The notes under the pieces are model-generated. The model made no database searches. It saw nothing but the letters and a program-made list of their open reading frames with translations, and was not told the origin of the DNA. The position numbers and the translations under genes are program-made. A stretch of DNA of 64,000 nucleotides from an uncultured cyanobacterium (GTDB lineage Bacteria; Cyanobacteriota; Cyanobacteriia; Cyanobacteriales; CAWCAG01). The stretch lies in contig CAWDOD010000002.1 of NCBI GenBank assembly GCA_963803805.1, positions 480,001-544,000 of the forward strand, given 5' to 3'. Numbering within the stretch: the first letter of the stretch is position 1; each line of letters begins with the position of its first letter. Below are positions 1 through 9,211 of the stretch, piece after piece.

Positions 1-2
1 TC

Positions 3-383
3 AAACGGCTCAAACAACAGCAACCAACAGCTTTTGTAGGTGACGGGATTAACGATGCAGCAGCATTACTGGAAGCTAATATGGGTTTGGCGATTGGGGC
101 AGGAACCAATGTAGCGATTGAATCTGCGGATTTAGTTTTAATTGAAGATGATCCTTTAGATGCAGTTAAAGCTCTTAATTTAGCGAAAAAAACCTACAGT
201 AAGATGATTCAAAACCTCTTTTGGGCGACAGGTTACAATGTTATTGCTATCCCCTTAGCGGCTGGAGTGCTTTCTGCTTGGGGATTTGTGCTTTCTCCTG
301 CTATTGGGGCATTGTTGATGAGTTTATCGACAGTAATTGTGGCGATTAATGCTGTACTCTTAGGGAGAGCTAAACTTGCTTAG
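3..383 (+). CDS. Heavy-metal (probably copper) P1B-type ATPase, C-terminal part, cut by the window edge
   Basis: The frame is open from base 3 and reads [13 protein letters not shown] (hinge motif), then [10 protein letters not shown] and LMSLST, typical of Cu-ATPase terminal helices. Confidence 0.92.
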   Translation, partial: KRLKQQQPTAFVGDGINDAAALLEANMGLAIGAGTNVAIESADLVLIEDDPLDAVKALNLAKKTYSKMIQNLFWATGYNVIAIPLAAGVLSAWGFVLSPAIGALLMSLSTVIVAINAVLLGRAKLA

Positions 384-406
384 TAGCTAATAGTTTAGGG
401 GAAGCT

Positions 407-1105
407 ATGCATATTCTCTTAGTTGAAGATGAACCAGACTTGGGGACAGCCATCAAACGCACTCTCCAGCAAGAAGCTTATATAGTGGATTTGGTGGGTG
501 ATGGTAACGAGGCTTGGGGGCTTTTAGAGAGTAACTGGACTGAATATACTTTGGCAATTTTTGACTGGCTGCTGCCGGGACAATCGGGGTTAGAATTGGT
601 TAAGAAAGTGCGATCGCAAGATAATCCTTTACCTGTTTTAATGTTAACTGCCAAGGATACCCAAGCAGACAAAGTGGCAGGGTTAGACGCTGGTGCAGAT
701 GATTATTTAGTTAAACCTTTTGGTATGGCAGAACTTTTGGCGAGAATGCGGGCTTTGCAACGGCGCTCTCCCCAACTGCAACCACCAAAGTTGCAAGTGG
801 GGAATTTTTGTTTAGATTATGCTACCCATCAAGTTTATTGGGAAGATACTCAAGGAGAAAGTCAGGAAATTCCCCTGACGGCTAAGGAGTTTCAGCTTTT
901 AGAATATTTTATGAGACACCCTCAACAAATTGTCACCCGCGACCAAATATTAGACCAAATTTGGGAGGTGGGAACTGAACCAATGAGTAATGTAGTGGCA
1001 GCCCAGATGCGTCTTTTACGTCGTAAACTGGCTCAATATAACTACGACTCTGTAATTGAAACGGTTTATGGTTTAGGATATCGCTTTAATATGGAAAAGG
1101 AGTAG
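407..1105 (+). CDS. rppA: OmpR-family response regulator, RppA/CopR-like
   Basis: Receiver domain (LVEDE, DWLLPG, KPF) plus winged helix (VVAAQMRLLRRKL, ETVYGLGYRF); follows the metal ATPase. Confidence 0.88.
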   Translation: MHILLVEDEPDLGTAIKRTLQQEAYIVDLVGDGNEAWGLLESNWTEYTLAIFDWLLPGQSGLELVKKVRSQDNPLPVLMLTAKDTQADKVAGLDAGADDYLVKPFGMAELLARMRALQRRSPQLQPPKLQVGNFCLDYATHQVYWEDTQGESQEIPLTAKEFQLLEYFMRHPQQIVTRDQILDQIWEVGTEPMSNVVAAQMRLLRRKLAQYNYDSVIETVYGLGYRFNMEKE

Positions 1106-1120
1106 AAAACAGGAAGTGGG

Positions 1121-2473
1121 GTGGGAAATACATTATTTAAAACAACACGCTGGCGACTTGCTAGTTGGTATGCCGGGATAACGGCTGCTATACTTAGTTT
1201 GTTTGGCTTTGCCGTTTATGAAGCAATTGCCCATGCCCATCGAGTTACAGTAGAAAGAGAACTCAAATCTGTTTCTGCTACCATCCACAACAGTTTAGAA
1301 TCAGTACTAATTGAACCAGGAAAAATAGACCTCGAAGAAGTTAGGTTTTTACCTAGTCTTTGTCTAGTAAAAACAACCTGTTCTGCTCCAAATAATCAAG
1401 CTGATCATACCCTAACTAATGCTATAGTTCAAGATGATTATTATCTAACTTTGGTAGATATTTCTGGAAATACTATTGCTTATACTGGTGCATTTCCTAA
1501 GCATTTATCAATAACATCTGTAGAAAAAAAATGGCAGACTTTACAGGACAACCAAAACCGAAATTACCGACAAACATCTCTTTTACTCCACACTAAAGAC
1601 AATCAAATCTGGGGTTATTTATTAGTAGGACGTTCTTTAGAAGAGATAGATGATTATTTAGCAATTGTCAGATTAATTTTGTTGTTAGGATTACCCTTAA
1701 CTATGCTTTTTGTGGGTGTTGCTAGTTGGTGGTTAGGGAAACTGGCGATGGAACCTGTTTACCAATCCTACCGACAAATTCAGCAATTTACTGCTGATGC
1801 AGCCCATGAGTTGCGTACTCCTTTAGCCGCAATTCGGGCGACAGTAGAATCTACCCAAAGGATGCCTCACCTGAAGGAAGTAGAAGCGAGGGAAACTCTA
1901 CAAGTTATTGCGAGGCAAAATTCTCGTTTAGTACAGCTTGTGGAAGGGTTACTACTCCTTTCACGGGTAGATAAACAAGGGATGTTATCCTTTGCTAATT
2001 TACCACAGGATACTATTTCTCTTAATGATTTGGTTGAGGATTTAACTGAAGAACTTGCCCCCTTAGCCAGAATAGCAAAGGTAGAATTAAGTGCAGAAAT
2101 ACAAGTTTCTCATGTAATTAAAGTAACAGGTAATGAAGAACAGTTATATCGTCTGGTCGCTAATTTAGTTACTAATGCTATTAATTACACTCCTGCTGGG
2201 GGTAAAGTAAAAGTGGTTTTAGATATTTCTACTTCCTCATCACAAGCTGTTATTAAGGTACAAGATACGGGCATTGGTATTGCACCGGAGCAACAAAAAA
2301 AAGTTTTTAAACGTTTTTATCGAATTGATAGCGATCGCTCTCGAAAAACAGGAGGATTTGGTTTAGGATTGCCCATTGCTTTGGCCCTAGCCCAAGCTCA
2401 TCAAGGTAGCATTGAACTGCAAAGTTCTTTAGGTAATGGTAGTACTTTTAGGGTTTACTTACCTTTTGATTGA
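1121..2473 (+). CDS. rppB: Sensor histidine kinase, RppB/CopS-like
   Basis: Two TM helices, H-box ADAAHELRTP, N box NLVTNA, DTGIG and GFGLGL; adjacent to the regulator. Confidence 0.88.
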   Translation: MGNTLFKTTRWRLASWYAGITAAILSLFGFAVYEAIAHAHRVTVERELKSVSATIHNSLESVLIEPGKIDLEEVRFLPSLCLVKTTCSAPNNQADHTLTNAIVQDDYYLTLVDISGNTIAYTGAFPKHLSITSVEKKWQTLQDNQNRNYRQTSLLLHTKDNQIWGYLLVGRSLEEIDDYLAIVRLILLLGLPLTMLFVGVASWWLGKLAMEPVYQSYRQIQQFTADAAHELRTPLAAIRATVESTQRMPHLKEVEARETLQVIARQNSRLVQLVEGLLLLSRVDKQGMLSFANLPQDTISLNDLVEDLTEELAPLARIAKVELSAEIQVSHVIKVTGNEEQLYRLVANLVTNAINYTPAGGKVKVVLDISTSSSQAVIKVQDTGIGIAPEQQKKVFKRFYRIDSDRSRKTGGFGLGLPIALALAQAHQGSIELQSSLGNGSTFRVYLPFD

Positions 2474-2562
2474 CGAGGGCGAGTTTGCCACCACATCATA
2501 ATACCTGTAACTGCCAAAAGTAATAACCCAAAAGCATTTAAAAAAGGATAAATCATCTCTAG

Positions 2563-2979
2563 ATTAATACATATACTAGTTTTGATAGGCGTAGTGATCG
2601 CTCTGCTAAGTATTACTTCACCTTAGAAATTCCTGAAGATACTGGGGAATCACTCAAGGCAGTCAAAATTAAACAGCGAGAATATTTTGCAGACGTTGTT
2701 GAATTTAAAGCAGAAAAAAGTCGTACTTTTATTGGTGATCGCTCTGCCCAAGGAAAAGAAATATCCCTAGCTGTAGTAGGGGGAGATGCTCAACCGGGGG
2801 AAACCACAGTTACTTTTGAGCAGCCCGTCTCCCCTGGTAACAGGGTGACAGTTATGGTCAAACCCAAGCGCAATCCGCAAACAGTAGGAGTTTACTTATT
2901 TGGCGTGACAGTTTATCCAGAAGGAGAAGATAGCCTTGGTATATACCTTGGCCCTGGTCGTTTGCACATTCATGATTGA
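2563..2979 (+). pseudogene. DUF2808-like protein lacking a start codon and signal peptide (absent from the ORF track)
   Basis: Frame 1 reads ...YYFTLEIPEDTGESLKAVKI...VTFEQPVSPGNRVTV...RNPQTVGVYLFGVTVYPEGEDSLGIYLGPGRL*; an in-frame TAG lies at 2560-2562. Confidence 0.7.
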
Positions 2980-3101
2980 TACCAAACCCGGCCTAGTTCC
3001 ACAGGTTATTTGCGGGAGTTGGGAGTCGATTTTGAGAACTTTATTCGGTGGATTTTATGGTAGACCTATTGTACGGGGATTTGGTATCAGTTCTCAACAA
3101 A

Positions 3102-3118
3102 TTTCATTACTGTTTCAT
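3102..3118 (+). promoter_or_regulatory. CopR-type direct-repeat box TTTCAT-N5-TTTCAT
   Basis: TTTCAT TACTG TTTCAT about 60 bp upstream of the 3178 ATG; matches the repeat described for Synechocystis CopR targets. Confidence 0.7.
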
Positions 3119-3177
3119 ATTGTTGAGTCAAGCTAAAACCATCTAGTAAATCATGGCTTCATGGACATTAAGCATCA

Positions 3178-4584
3178 ATGGGAAAACAATCAATCAAAAG
3201 CTTAGCAGCCTTGGCTTTAACCGCAGCCACAATAGTAACTAGTTTTACACCATTGGCTGCGATCGCAGAGCAAAGAAACTCTGTTGCTCATCCTCGCACC
3301 CCCTACCGTTTAGCTTTTTATAATCGCCACAGGCGTAGCTACCGAGTAGCAGGCGCTCTTCATTTTGCCCATAGTAAGTTACACGATGTCCTCTTACTAA
3401 CCCCCTTTGAGAGGCACACAGAGGAAGATAGCAAACTGTACAAAGCAATCCTCGCTTTCTACAACGACCCGCCTCGCATTGAGCCAAGTATGGAATTGTA
3501 TGCTCCTTATACCGCCCGTGCTACCTGGCGACTTTTCCGTACCATTGATTCAGTGCATCTCTTGCATGAAATGACTGAAGATGTTATGTCAGACCAGGAT
3601 GTTGCTTGGGAGGAGAAGGGAGAGACGCTTCAGGAAGCCTATGAATACTACATCTCAAAATATCCAGATATTGCCCTTTCTCCTGCCCCTTTAGATGTCA
3701 CCATGCGTCGTGCTGGGGTAATGATGAAACCCTATTTCACCCTCACTCGCAACTACTATCCCCAAAATAATAACTTCTTCTATGCTGCCCATTGGTGGCA
3801 TCCTGCGGTTTATGAATCTATGATGATTGGGGGCAATGATCAAGAGCAGGATATGATGATGGAGAAGATGGAGGAAGTTTTTCAAACTCAGGTTATACCC
3901 AACCCACCACAACGGATGATTATTAGCAGAGAAGGAATGCCTCGCTACAGTCGTCTTTCTCCAGAAACAGCTAATATTTTTGACAACCTGCATATGCTCC
4001 ATGGCATCACCTATGATATCTTTGCCTATGATGGTTGGACTGTTGAACAGAAACGGGCTGAACTTTATCGCGTCCTTGATGCGATGAGTTACCAACCAGG
4101 AGATGAAAAAATAGCTCGTAAGTTTACAACTCCGAAACCCAATCTCAATCCTCTTGCTTACGATGATTGGAGCAAAAATGTCAATGGTGCTATGACTGAG
4201 ATGATGATGGAGATGCTGGCTGAGATGATGCCGATGATGATGCAGCACGAGAATATGAATTCTGAAATGCCTCAAATGCAGCGCAGTAATATGAGTCCTG
4301 AAATGCACCAGATGCACCAACAACTCATGGCTCAGTTGAAACTAAAACTCGCTCCAGGTATTCAAGAAGGGGAAATTTCTGGTTCCTTTATGGATGCCAT
4401 GATGGAGATGATGCCAATGATGCAAATGTCTCCTGAAGCAATGGCCCCAGGGCAAATCAACCCGATGATGATCGAAGCAATGCTCAAAGGATGGCAAGAA
4501 AAATATGGCTCTTTGCCTGATATTAAACCCCTACCAATGAATAGCGAACCCTCTGCCCAGCAATATTTGTCAGGTAATAAGTAA
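3178..4584 (+). CDS. Secreted His/Met-rich protein, putative metal-binding protein
   Basis: Signal peptide, four HxxH-bearing segments and a very Met-rich C-terminal third. Confidence 0.75.
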   Translation: MGKQSIKSLAALALTAATIVTSFTPLAAIAEQRNSVAHPRTPYRLAFYNRHRRSYRVAGALHFAHSKLHDVLLLTPFERHTEEDSKLYKAILAFYNDPPRIEPSMELYAPYTARATWRLFRTIDSVHLLHEMTEDVMSDQDVAWEEKGETLQEAYEYYISKYPDIALSPAPLDVTMRRAGVMMKPYFTLTRNYYPQNNNFFYAAHWWHPAVYESMMIGGNDQEQDMMMEKMEEVFQTQVIPNPPQRMIISREGMPRYSRLSPETANIFDNLHMLHGITYDIFAYDGWTVEQKRAELYRVLDAMSYQPGDEKIARKFTTPKPNLNPLAYDDWSKNVNGAMTEMMMEMLAEMMPMMMQHENMNSEMPQMQRSNMSPEMHQMHQQLMAQLKLKLAPGIQEGEISGSFMDAMMEMMPMMQMSPEAMAPGQINPMMIEAMLKGWQEKYGSLPDIKPLPMNSEPSAQQYLSGNK

Positions 4585-4592
4585 TAGGTAAT

Positions 4593-5360
4593 ATGCAAAA
4601 ATCATACACTTTAGTTTATCTGGCGATTGTATCCCTCATCGCCACAGTTTTCCCTCAAATAGCGACAGCCGCAGACCATCTTAACTTAGAAGAAGGGCTA
4701 CCTACTGAGGTTGAAGATGCTTATCCGATTCCTTACCAGGGTATAGAGGTGCAAGGAGTGTTTCGTTATGAACGTACAGGGGAAGGGGAAGATAGTTTTG
4801 TGATTGAACCCCGTATTGAATATGGCTTTGCTCCTAATTGGCAAGGAAGGATTGCTGTACCAACGCAATTTGGTTCGGCAGAAGAAGACGGCTTGGGAGA
4901 TGTGGGGGTTGAAGTATTTTATAACTTTAATACCGAGACTTTAAATACCCCAGCTTTTGCTGTTTCTGTGGGTGCAGACTTTCCTACTAGCGAAGAGGGT
5001 GCAGGAGTTGATCCTACAGTTAAGTTGCTGATGACTAAGACTTTGGGGACTGGGGCTAATTTAGACCGTCTCCATGTTAATGTTGGTTATACTTACAACG
5101 ATGCTCGACAAGGGGGAGAAAGAAGTGATCGCATCCAAGCTATTGCAGGTTATAGTCGTCGTCTCAATTCAGAAACTATATTGGTGACAAACTTTGTTTT
5201 TGAACAAGAGGAAGAGGAAAACGAGGATGCTTATATTTTGGAGTTGGGGGTACGCCATCAGTTGTCACCTCTAACGGTTTTGTCTATTGGCGCTGGTGCT
5301 GGGTTGACTGAAGATTCTCCCGATTTCCGAATTACGGCGGGTTTTCAACAATCTTTTTAA
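4593..5360 (+). CDS. Putative outer-membrane beta-barrel/transporter-family protein
   Basis: Signal peptide, GLGD motif, alternating amphipathic strands and C-terminal Phe (GFQQSF). Confidence 0.7.
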   Translation: MQKSYTLVYLAIVSLIATVFPQIATAADHLNLEEGLPTEVEDAYPIPYQGIEVQGVFRYERTGEGEDSFVIEPRIEYGFAPNWQGRIAVPTQFGSAEEDGLGDVGVEVFYNFNTETLNTPAFAVSVGADFPTSEEGAGVDPTVKLLMTKTLGTGANLDRLHVNVGYTYNDARQGGERSDRIQAIAGYSRRLNSETILVTNFVFEQEEEENEDAYILELGVRHQLSPLTVLSIGAGAGLTEDSPDFRITAGFQQSF

Positions 5361-5428
5361 CTTCTAATACAAAAATAGTCTTGACCATGAAGATTTGAGT
5401 ATGGTGGGAAATTTGTTAATCCAAGCTT

Positions 5429-5519
5429 ATACCAATTCTCATTAACCATGCACTAAATAAAGACTGTTAACATTTGGAATGCTTTGAGTATTTAGTGCAA
5501 TCTCTGTGGTAATTGGTAT
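5429..5519. mobile_element. Small MITE-like inverted-repeat element
   Basis: Termini ATACCAATT/AATTGGTAT plus inner inverted repeat TGCACTAAATA/TATTTAGTGCA. Confidence 0.55.
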
Positions 5520-5547
5520 TAGTCGTTAAGTCTGGTAACAAATAAAT

Positions 5548-5564
5548 ATGAAATTACCATGAAA
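5548..5564. promoter_or_regulatory. ATGAAA-N5-ATGAAA direct repeat (reversed CopR-type box or ManR-like site)
   Basis: ATGAAA TTACC ATGAAA about 110 bp upstream of the permease. Confidence 0.5.
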
Positions 5565-5671
5565 TCCTGCTATCTCAATAGTTGGAAGTTGAGATTATCT
5601 CTTCTGTTAGACGCGATCGCGATTCATGATTGTCTAACATTTTATTTAGCAAAATAGTTTGAGATTGATTT

Positions 5672-6940
5672 ATGAATGATGGAGGATTTTTAAGTTCTTA
5701 TAGCGAAGCCGTACTTACTTCCCTAAGCTATTTTTGGAAGGCACTATGGGCCTTTATTATTGGCTATATTGTTAGTAGTGCCATCCAGGTATTCGTTACT
5801 CGCGAACGAATGCAAAAAACTATGGGAGAAGCAGGGAAAAAAAGTATTGCTTTAGGTACTTTCTTTGGCTTTATCTCTAGTTCCTGTAGTTTTGCTGCTT
5901 TATCTACCACTAAATCTCTCTTCAAAAAAGGTGCAGGTTTTGTACCTTCTTTAGCTTTTTTATTAGCTTCAACCAATCTTGTTATCGAACTGGGTTTTAT
6001 TATCGCCATCTTTTTAGGTTGGCAATTTGTTGTTGGGGAATATCTTGGGGGGATATTATTAATCCTTTTGACCTGGTTGATTGTTAAATATACTCGTCCT
6101 AAAAAGTTACTCAAAAAAGCGAGAAGACGCTTAAACGAAAAAGAAGGAGAAGACAAACAAAATGGAGATGCCCCTAACTGGAAAGATAAAATTACTAGCA
6201 AACAGGGATGGCAACAGGTAGCCAAAAAGTACTTCATGGAATGGGGTATGGTTTGGAAGGATGTAACTTTTGGTTTTACTGTGGCGGGAATCATTGCTGC
6301 ATTTGTACCCCGTTCTTTTTTCCAGACTCTGTTTATGGGTGCTGGTACACAAAATCCTAGCTTTTTAGCCATCTTAGAAAATACTTTAGTTGGACCAGTA
6401 GCAGCTTTTTTTACTTTTATTGGTTCGATGGGAAATATTCCTTTAGCAGCAATTTTGTTTAACAATGGGGTTAGCTTTGCGGGGGTAATGGCGTTTATTT
6501 TTAGCGATCTGGTGGTTTTTCCTGTAATTCGCGTTAATGCTAAATATTACGGTTGGAAGCTTGCTTTATATATCGTAGGTGTTTTCTTTGCAGCTTTAGT
6601 AGCAACAGCAATTGTTATGCACTACGGTTTTTCTTTGTTTGGTGTTTTACCAAAGAGTGCAGCCTCTGCCAATCCTCAATCAACAGAGCGTTTTGCCATT
6701 GATTATACCTTCTGGCTCAATTTAGCATTTTTAGCGGTTACCGGAGTTTTAGCTTGGTTGCGCTTTGGTAGTGGTAAAAAACAAAAAGGTCAACATGATC
6801 AACAACCGCATCACAATCATAAAGAACACAGCAGCGGTAAACAAGGATTTACAGAAAAGCTTCTGTTTTGGCTAGCTATCTTATCTTATATCTGGCTGGT
6901 TGGGGGTATCGTTGTTAGTTTATTTGTAAGCAGTCAGTAG
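5672..6940 (+). CDS. Permease, DUF318/ArsP-like, probable metal transporter
   Basis: Multi-TM protein with SSCSFAA and FIGSMGNIP motifs and a His-rich C-terminal loop. Confidence 0.8.
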   Translation: MNDGGFLSSYSEAVLTSLSYFWKALWAFIIGYIVSSAIQVFVTRERMQKTMGEAGKKSIALGTFFGFISSSCSFAALSTTKSLFKKGAGFVPSLAFLLASTNLVIELGFIIAIFLGWQFVVGEYLGGILLILLTWLIVKYTRPKKLLKKARRRLNEKEGEDKQNGDAPNWKDKITSKQGWQQVAKKYFMEWGMVWKDVTFGFTVAGIIAAFVPRSFFQTLFMGAGTQNPSFLAILENTLVGPVAAFFTFIGSMGNIPLAAILFNNGVSFAGVMAFIFSDLVVFPVIRVNAKYYGWKLALYIVGVFFAALVATAIVMHYGFSLFGVLPKSAASANPQSTERFAIDYTFWLNLAFLAVTGVLAWLRFGSGKKQKGQHDQQPHHNHKEHSSGKQGFTEKLLFWLAILSYIWLVGGIVVSLFVSSQ

Positions 6941-6975
6941 AATTCACCCTCATCAAAATTTATGCTGTTTGGCTC

Positions 6976-7007
6976 TTGACTCTCCAGTGAAGTAGAAAGT
7001 TTATCAT
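6976..7007 (+). promoter_or_regulatory. MerR-family-type promoter
   Basis: TTGACT, 20-bp spacer, TATCAT, with imperfect dyad ACTCTCCAGT-GA-AGTAGAAAGT. Confidence 0.7.
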
Positions 7008-7040
7008 AAATTTAATAGCTCACTCACACTAAATAAAATT

Positions 7041-7850
7041 ATGACTAATACTACAACTACAGAAAAAGTTAAACTGTATAGAATGTCTACTCCAGAACAT
7101 GAATGTCCCTGGGGATTAAAAGCCGTCAAATTACTTAAGGAAAAAGGAATTGACTTTGAGGATAACAAACTCAAATCGAAAGAAGAAACAGAGGCTTTTA
7201 AAGGGAAGCATCAAGTCTCAACCACACCGCAAATTTTCTTTGATGATCAAAGGATTGGCGGCTACACAGACTTAGCCGAAAAGTTAGATGTAGAAGCAGA
7301 AGGGGCAGAGTATTCTTATACTCCGGTTATTGCTATATTTTCTACCGCAGGGCTGATGGCATTAGCCACTACGGCAGGTGTAACCGGATTTATGGGCTTC
7401 TCCCTCTCTTTACTTGCTTCTTTAAAGCTGATGGATATTGAATCTTTTGCCGAGAGTTTTGCCAAATACGACTTGATAACCAAAAGAATTAAACCTTATG
7501 CAAAGGTGTATCCTTTTGCCGAACTTGCCATCGGACTTGGTTTTCTCTCCGGCATTGCACCCTTAGCAACGGGAATAACTTCTTTGCTTGTCGGTATTAG
7601 TGGAGGAGTTTCGGTATTTAAAGCAGTATACATCGATAAGTTGGCACTCAACTGTGCTTGTGTGGGAGGAAATTCTCAAACCCCTTTAGGAGTGGTTAGT
7701 TTTGCTGAGAATGCAATTATGGCCATTATGGGGGCAAGCCTGATTTTCTCTGCTGCCACATCAGAAGTGGAATCAACAAAGCTAAGAGAAATACAATCTG
7801 TTAGGAATATTGAAGTGCAAAATACTACTGTAGATAAGCTGGGTGACTGA
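7041..7850 (+). CDS. Glutaredoxin-like plus MauE/DoxX membrane protein
   Basis: ECPWG...TTPQIF...IGGY Grx-like domain, then TM region with YPFAEL and CACVGG. Confidence 0.82.
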   Translation: MTNTTTTEKVKLYRMSTPEHECPWGLKAVKLLKEKGIDFEDNKLKSKEETEAFKGKHQVSTTPQIFFDDQRIGGYTDLAEKLDVEAEGAEYSYTPVIAIFSTAGLMALATTAGVTGFMGFSLSLLASLKLMDIESFAESFAKYDLITKRIKPYAKVYPFAELAIGLGFLSGIAPLATGITSLLVGISGGVSVFKAVYIDKLALNCACVGGNSQTPLGVVSFAENAIMAIMGASLIFSAATSEVESTKLREIQSVRNIEVQNTTVDKLGD

Positions 7851-7869
7851 CAGAAGTTATGTAGTGTAA

Positions 7870-7901
7870 TAAGCTGTCAGGCATTTAATTTACTTGTTAG
7901 G
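7870..7901 (+). repeat. Solo end of the TAAGCTGTCAGGCATTTAA element family
   Basis: Near-identical to 39066 and to the reverse complement of 12119-12150. Confidence 0.6.
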
Positions 7902-8080
7902 GTACGGTGACGAGGAAATACCGGAGAGGCAGAATATTAACTTCTGATCTCAAAACTTACTAGTGGGGGATTTATTTTGATATCATCTTGTGGAACCGAT
8001 TAAATAGGTTCTATTAGGTCTTACCTGCATAGGCAAAGCCCACCGTAGGTATCGCAACTGTTCTTGTCAGGAACGATGAT

Positions 8081-9193
8081 ATGCGTCTATTACAAATTAC
8101 AGCTTACAGTCTCACTGCCCTTGCTGCTGTTAGTTTGACAGCCCAAGCAGGGGAAGAATCTCAACAAGCTGCTGTTGCAACTAACCAAGTAACCTCAGCC
8201 CAAATACAAACTACAGGAGAACTTCTTTCTCAGGAATTAGGAACAGAGTTTTATTTAAAAAACAACCATGATCAACCTCATGCCATAGCAGAATTATCTC
8301 CTCAGACTTCAACCCAAGCTGAGGATCTGCTATCAGAAGAGGTGAACTTAAAACCATTAGAAGTAGCGGCAGAAAATGAACTAGAGGGTAGCTTTACCTG
8401 TGCTTCTGCCCATTCTGTCACCTCACAAACAGAAGAAAATGCTACACCGCAGCAAATAGCTCAATTAAGCAATGCTACTTGCCCTCGCCCCCAACCCATT
8501 AACCTCATTGAGTTGCCGGAAGTAGAAGCAGACTATGCTGCATCTCCTAGCTTAAGCATTTATATCCCTGTTGGTTATGGTGCAGACAACAACACCATCT
8601 TTACCTCCCAAACCTATCAACCCGATGTTAGGGTTGATGAAGGAGGGGTTTACACTGGGGGAATTGGTGTAGGCATCGGTGATGCTGATGAACTGGTAGG
8701 CTTAGAATTATCCTACGCTTTTGAAACCAACGATGATTTTGGTGATGGTGGCTTCAATGCCAAAGTACATCGCCGCTTTGCTAATGATTTTTCCGTTGCT
8801 GCGGGTTGGAATGGTTTCCTGAATATTGGCCGCAATGACTTTGAACAATCTCTCTATGGGGTGGCCACCAAAGTCTTTCGTACTCGCCCTTCTTTAGATG
8901 ATCCCCTCAGCAGAGTAGCTGTTAGCTTAGGCATCGGTAACAACCAATTCCGTTCCGAAGACAACTTTAACGATGGGGAAAATGGTGTTAATGTTTTTGG
9001 CAATGTCGCCGTGCGCGTCATTCGCCCCGTTAGCTTCATTACCGAATGGACAGGACAAGACTTGGCACTAGGGCTTTCCATCGCCCCTTTCAAAGATATT
9101 CCTTTTGTAATCACCCCCGCCGTCAGAGACATTGCTGGCATCGGCGACGGAGCCAGATTTGTGCTGGGTTGGGGTGCTGCATGGCAATTTTAA
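8081..9193 (+). CDS. Secreted protein with C-terminal beta-barrel-like domain
   Basis: Signal peptide, low-complexity linker, Gly/aromatic strand pattern, terminal WQF. Confidence 0.6.
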   Translation: MRLLQITAYSLTALAAVSLTAQAGEESQQAAVATNQVTSAQIQTTGELLSQELGTEFYLKNNHDQPHAIAELSPQTSTQAEDLLSEEVNLKPLEVAAENELEGSFTCASAHSVTSQTEENATPQQIAQLSNATCPRPQPINLIELPEVEADYAASPSLSIYIPVGYGADNNTIFTSQTYQPDVRVDEGGVYTGGIGVGIGDADELVGLELSYAFETNDDFGDGGFNAKVHRRFANDFSVAAGWNGFLNIGRNDFEQSLYGVATKVFRTRPSLDDPLSRVAVSLGIGNNQFRSEDNFNDGENGVNVFGNVAVRVIRPVSFITEWTGQDLALGLSIAPFKDIPFVITPAVRDIAGIGDGARFVLGWGAAWQF

Positions 9194-9211
9194 GTAAGGA
9201 GAAATATTTCA

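Noticed and set aside
2936-3136. 66-aa ORF in the track
   Set aside because: It overlaps the DUF2808 remnant and the regulatory box and has no protein motifs.
3245-6465. Antisense ORFs 3245-3487, 3691-4323 (His-rich), 4362-4598 and 5764-6465
   Set aside because: They are shadows of real genes; the His richness is the reverse complement of ATG runs.
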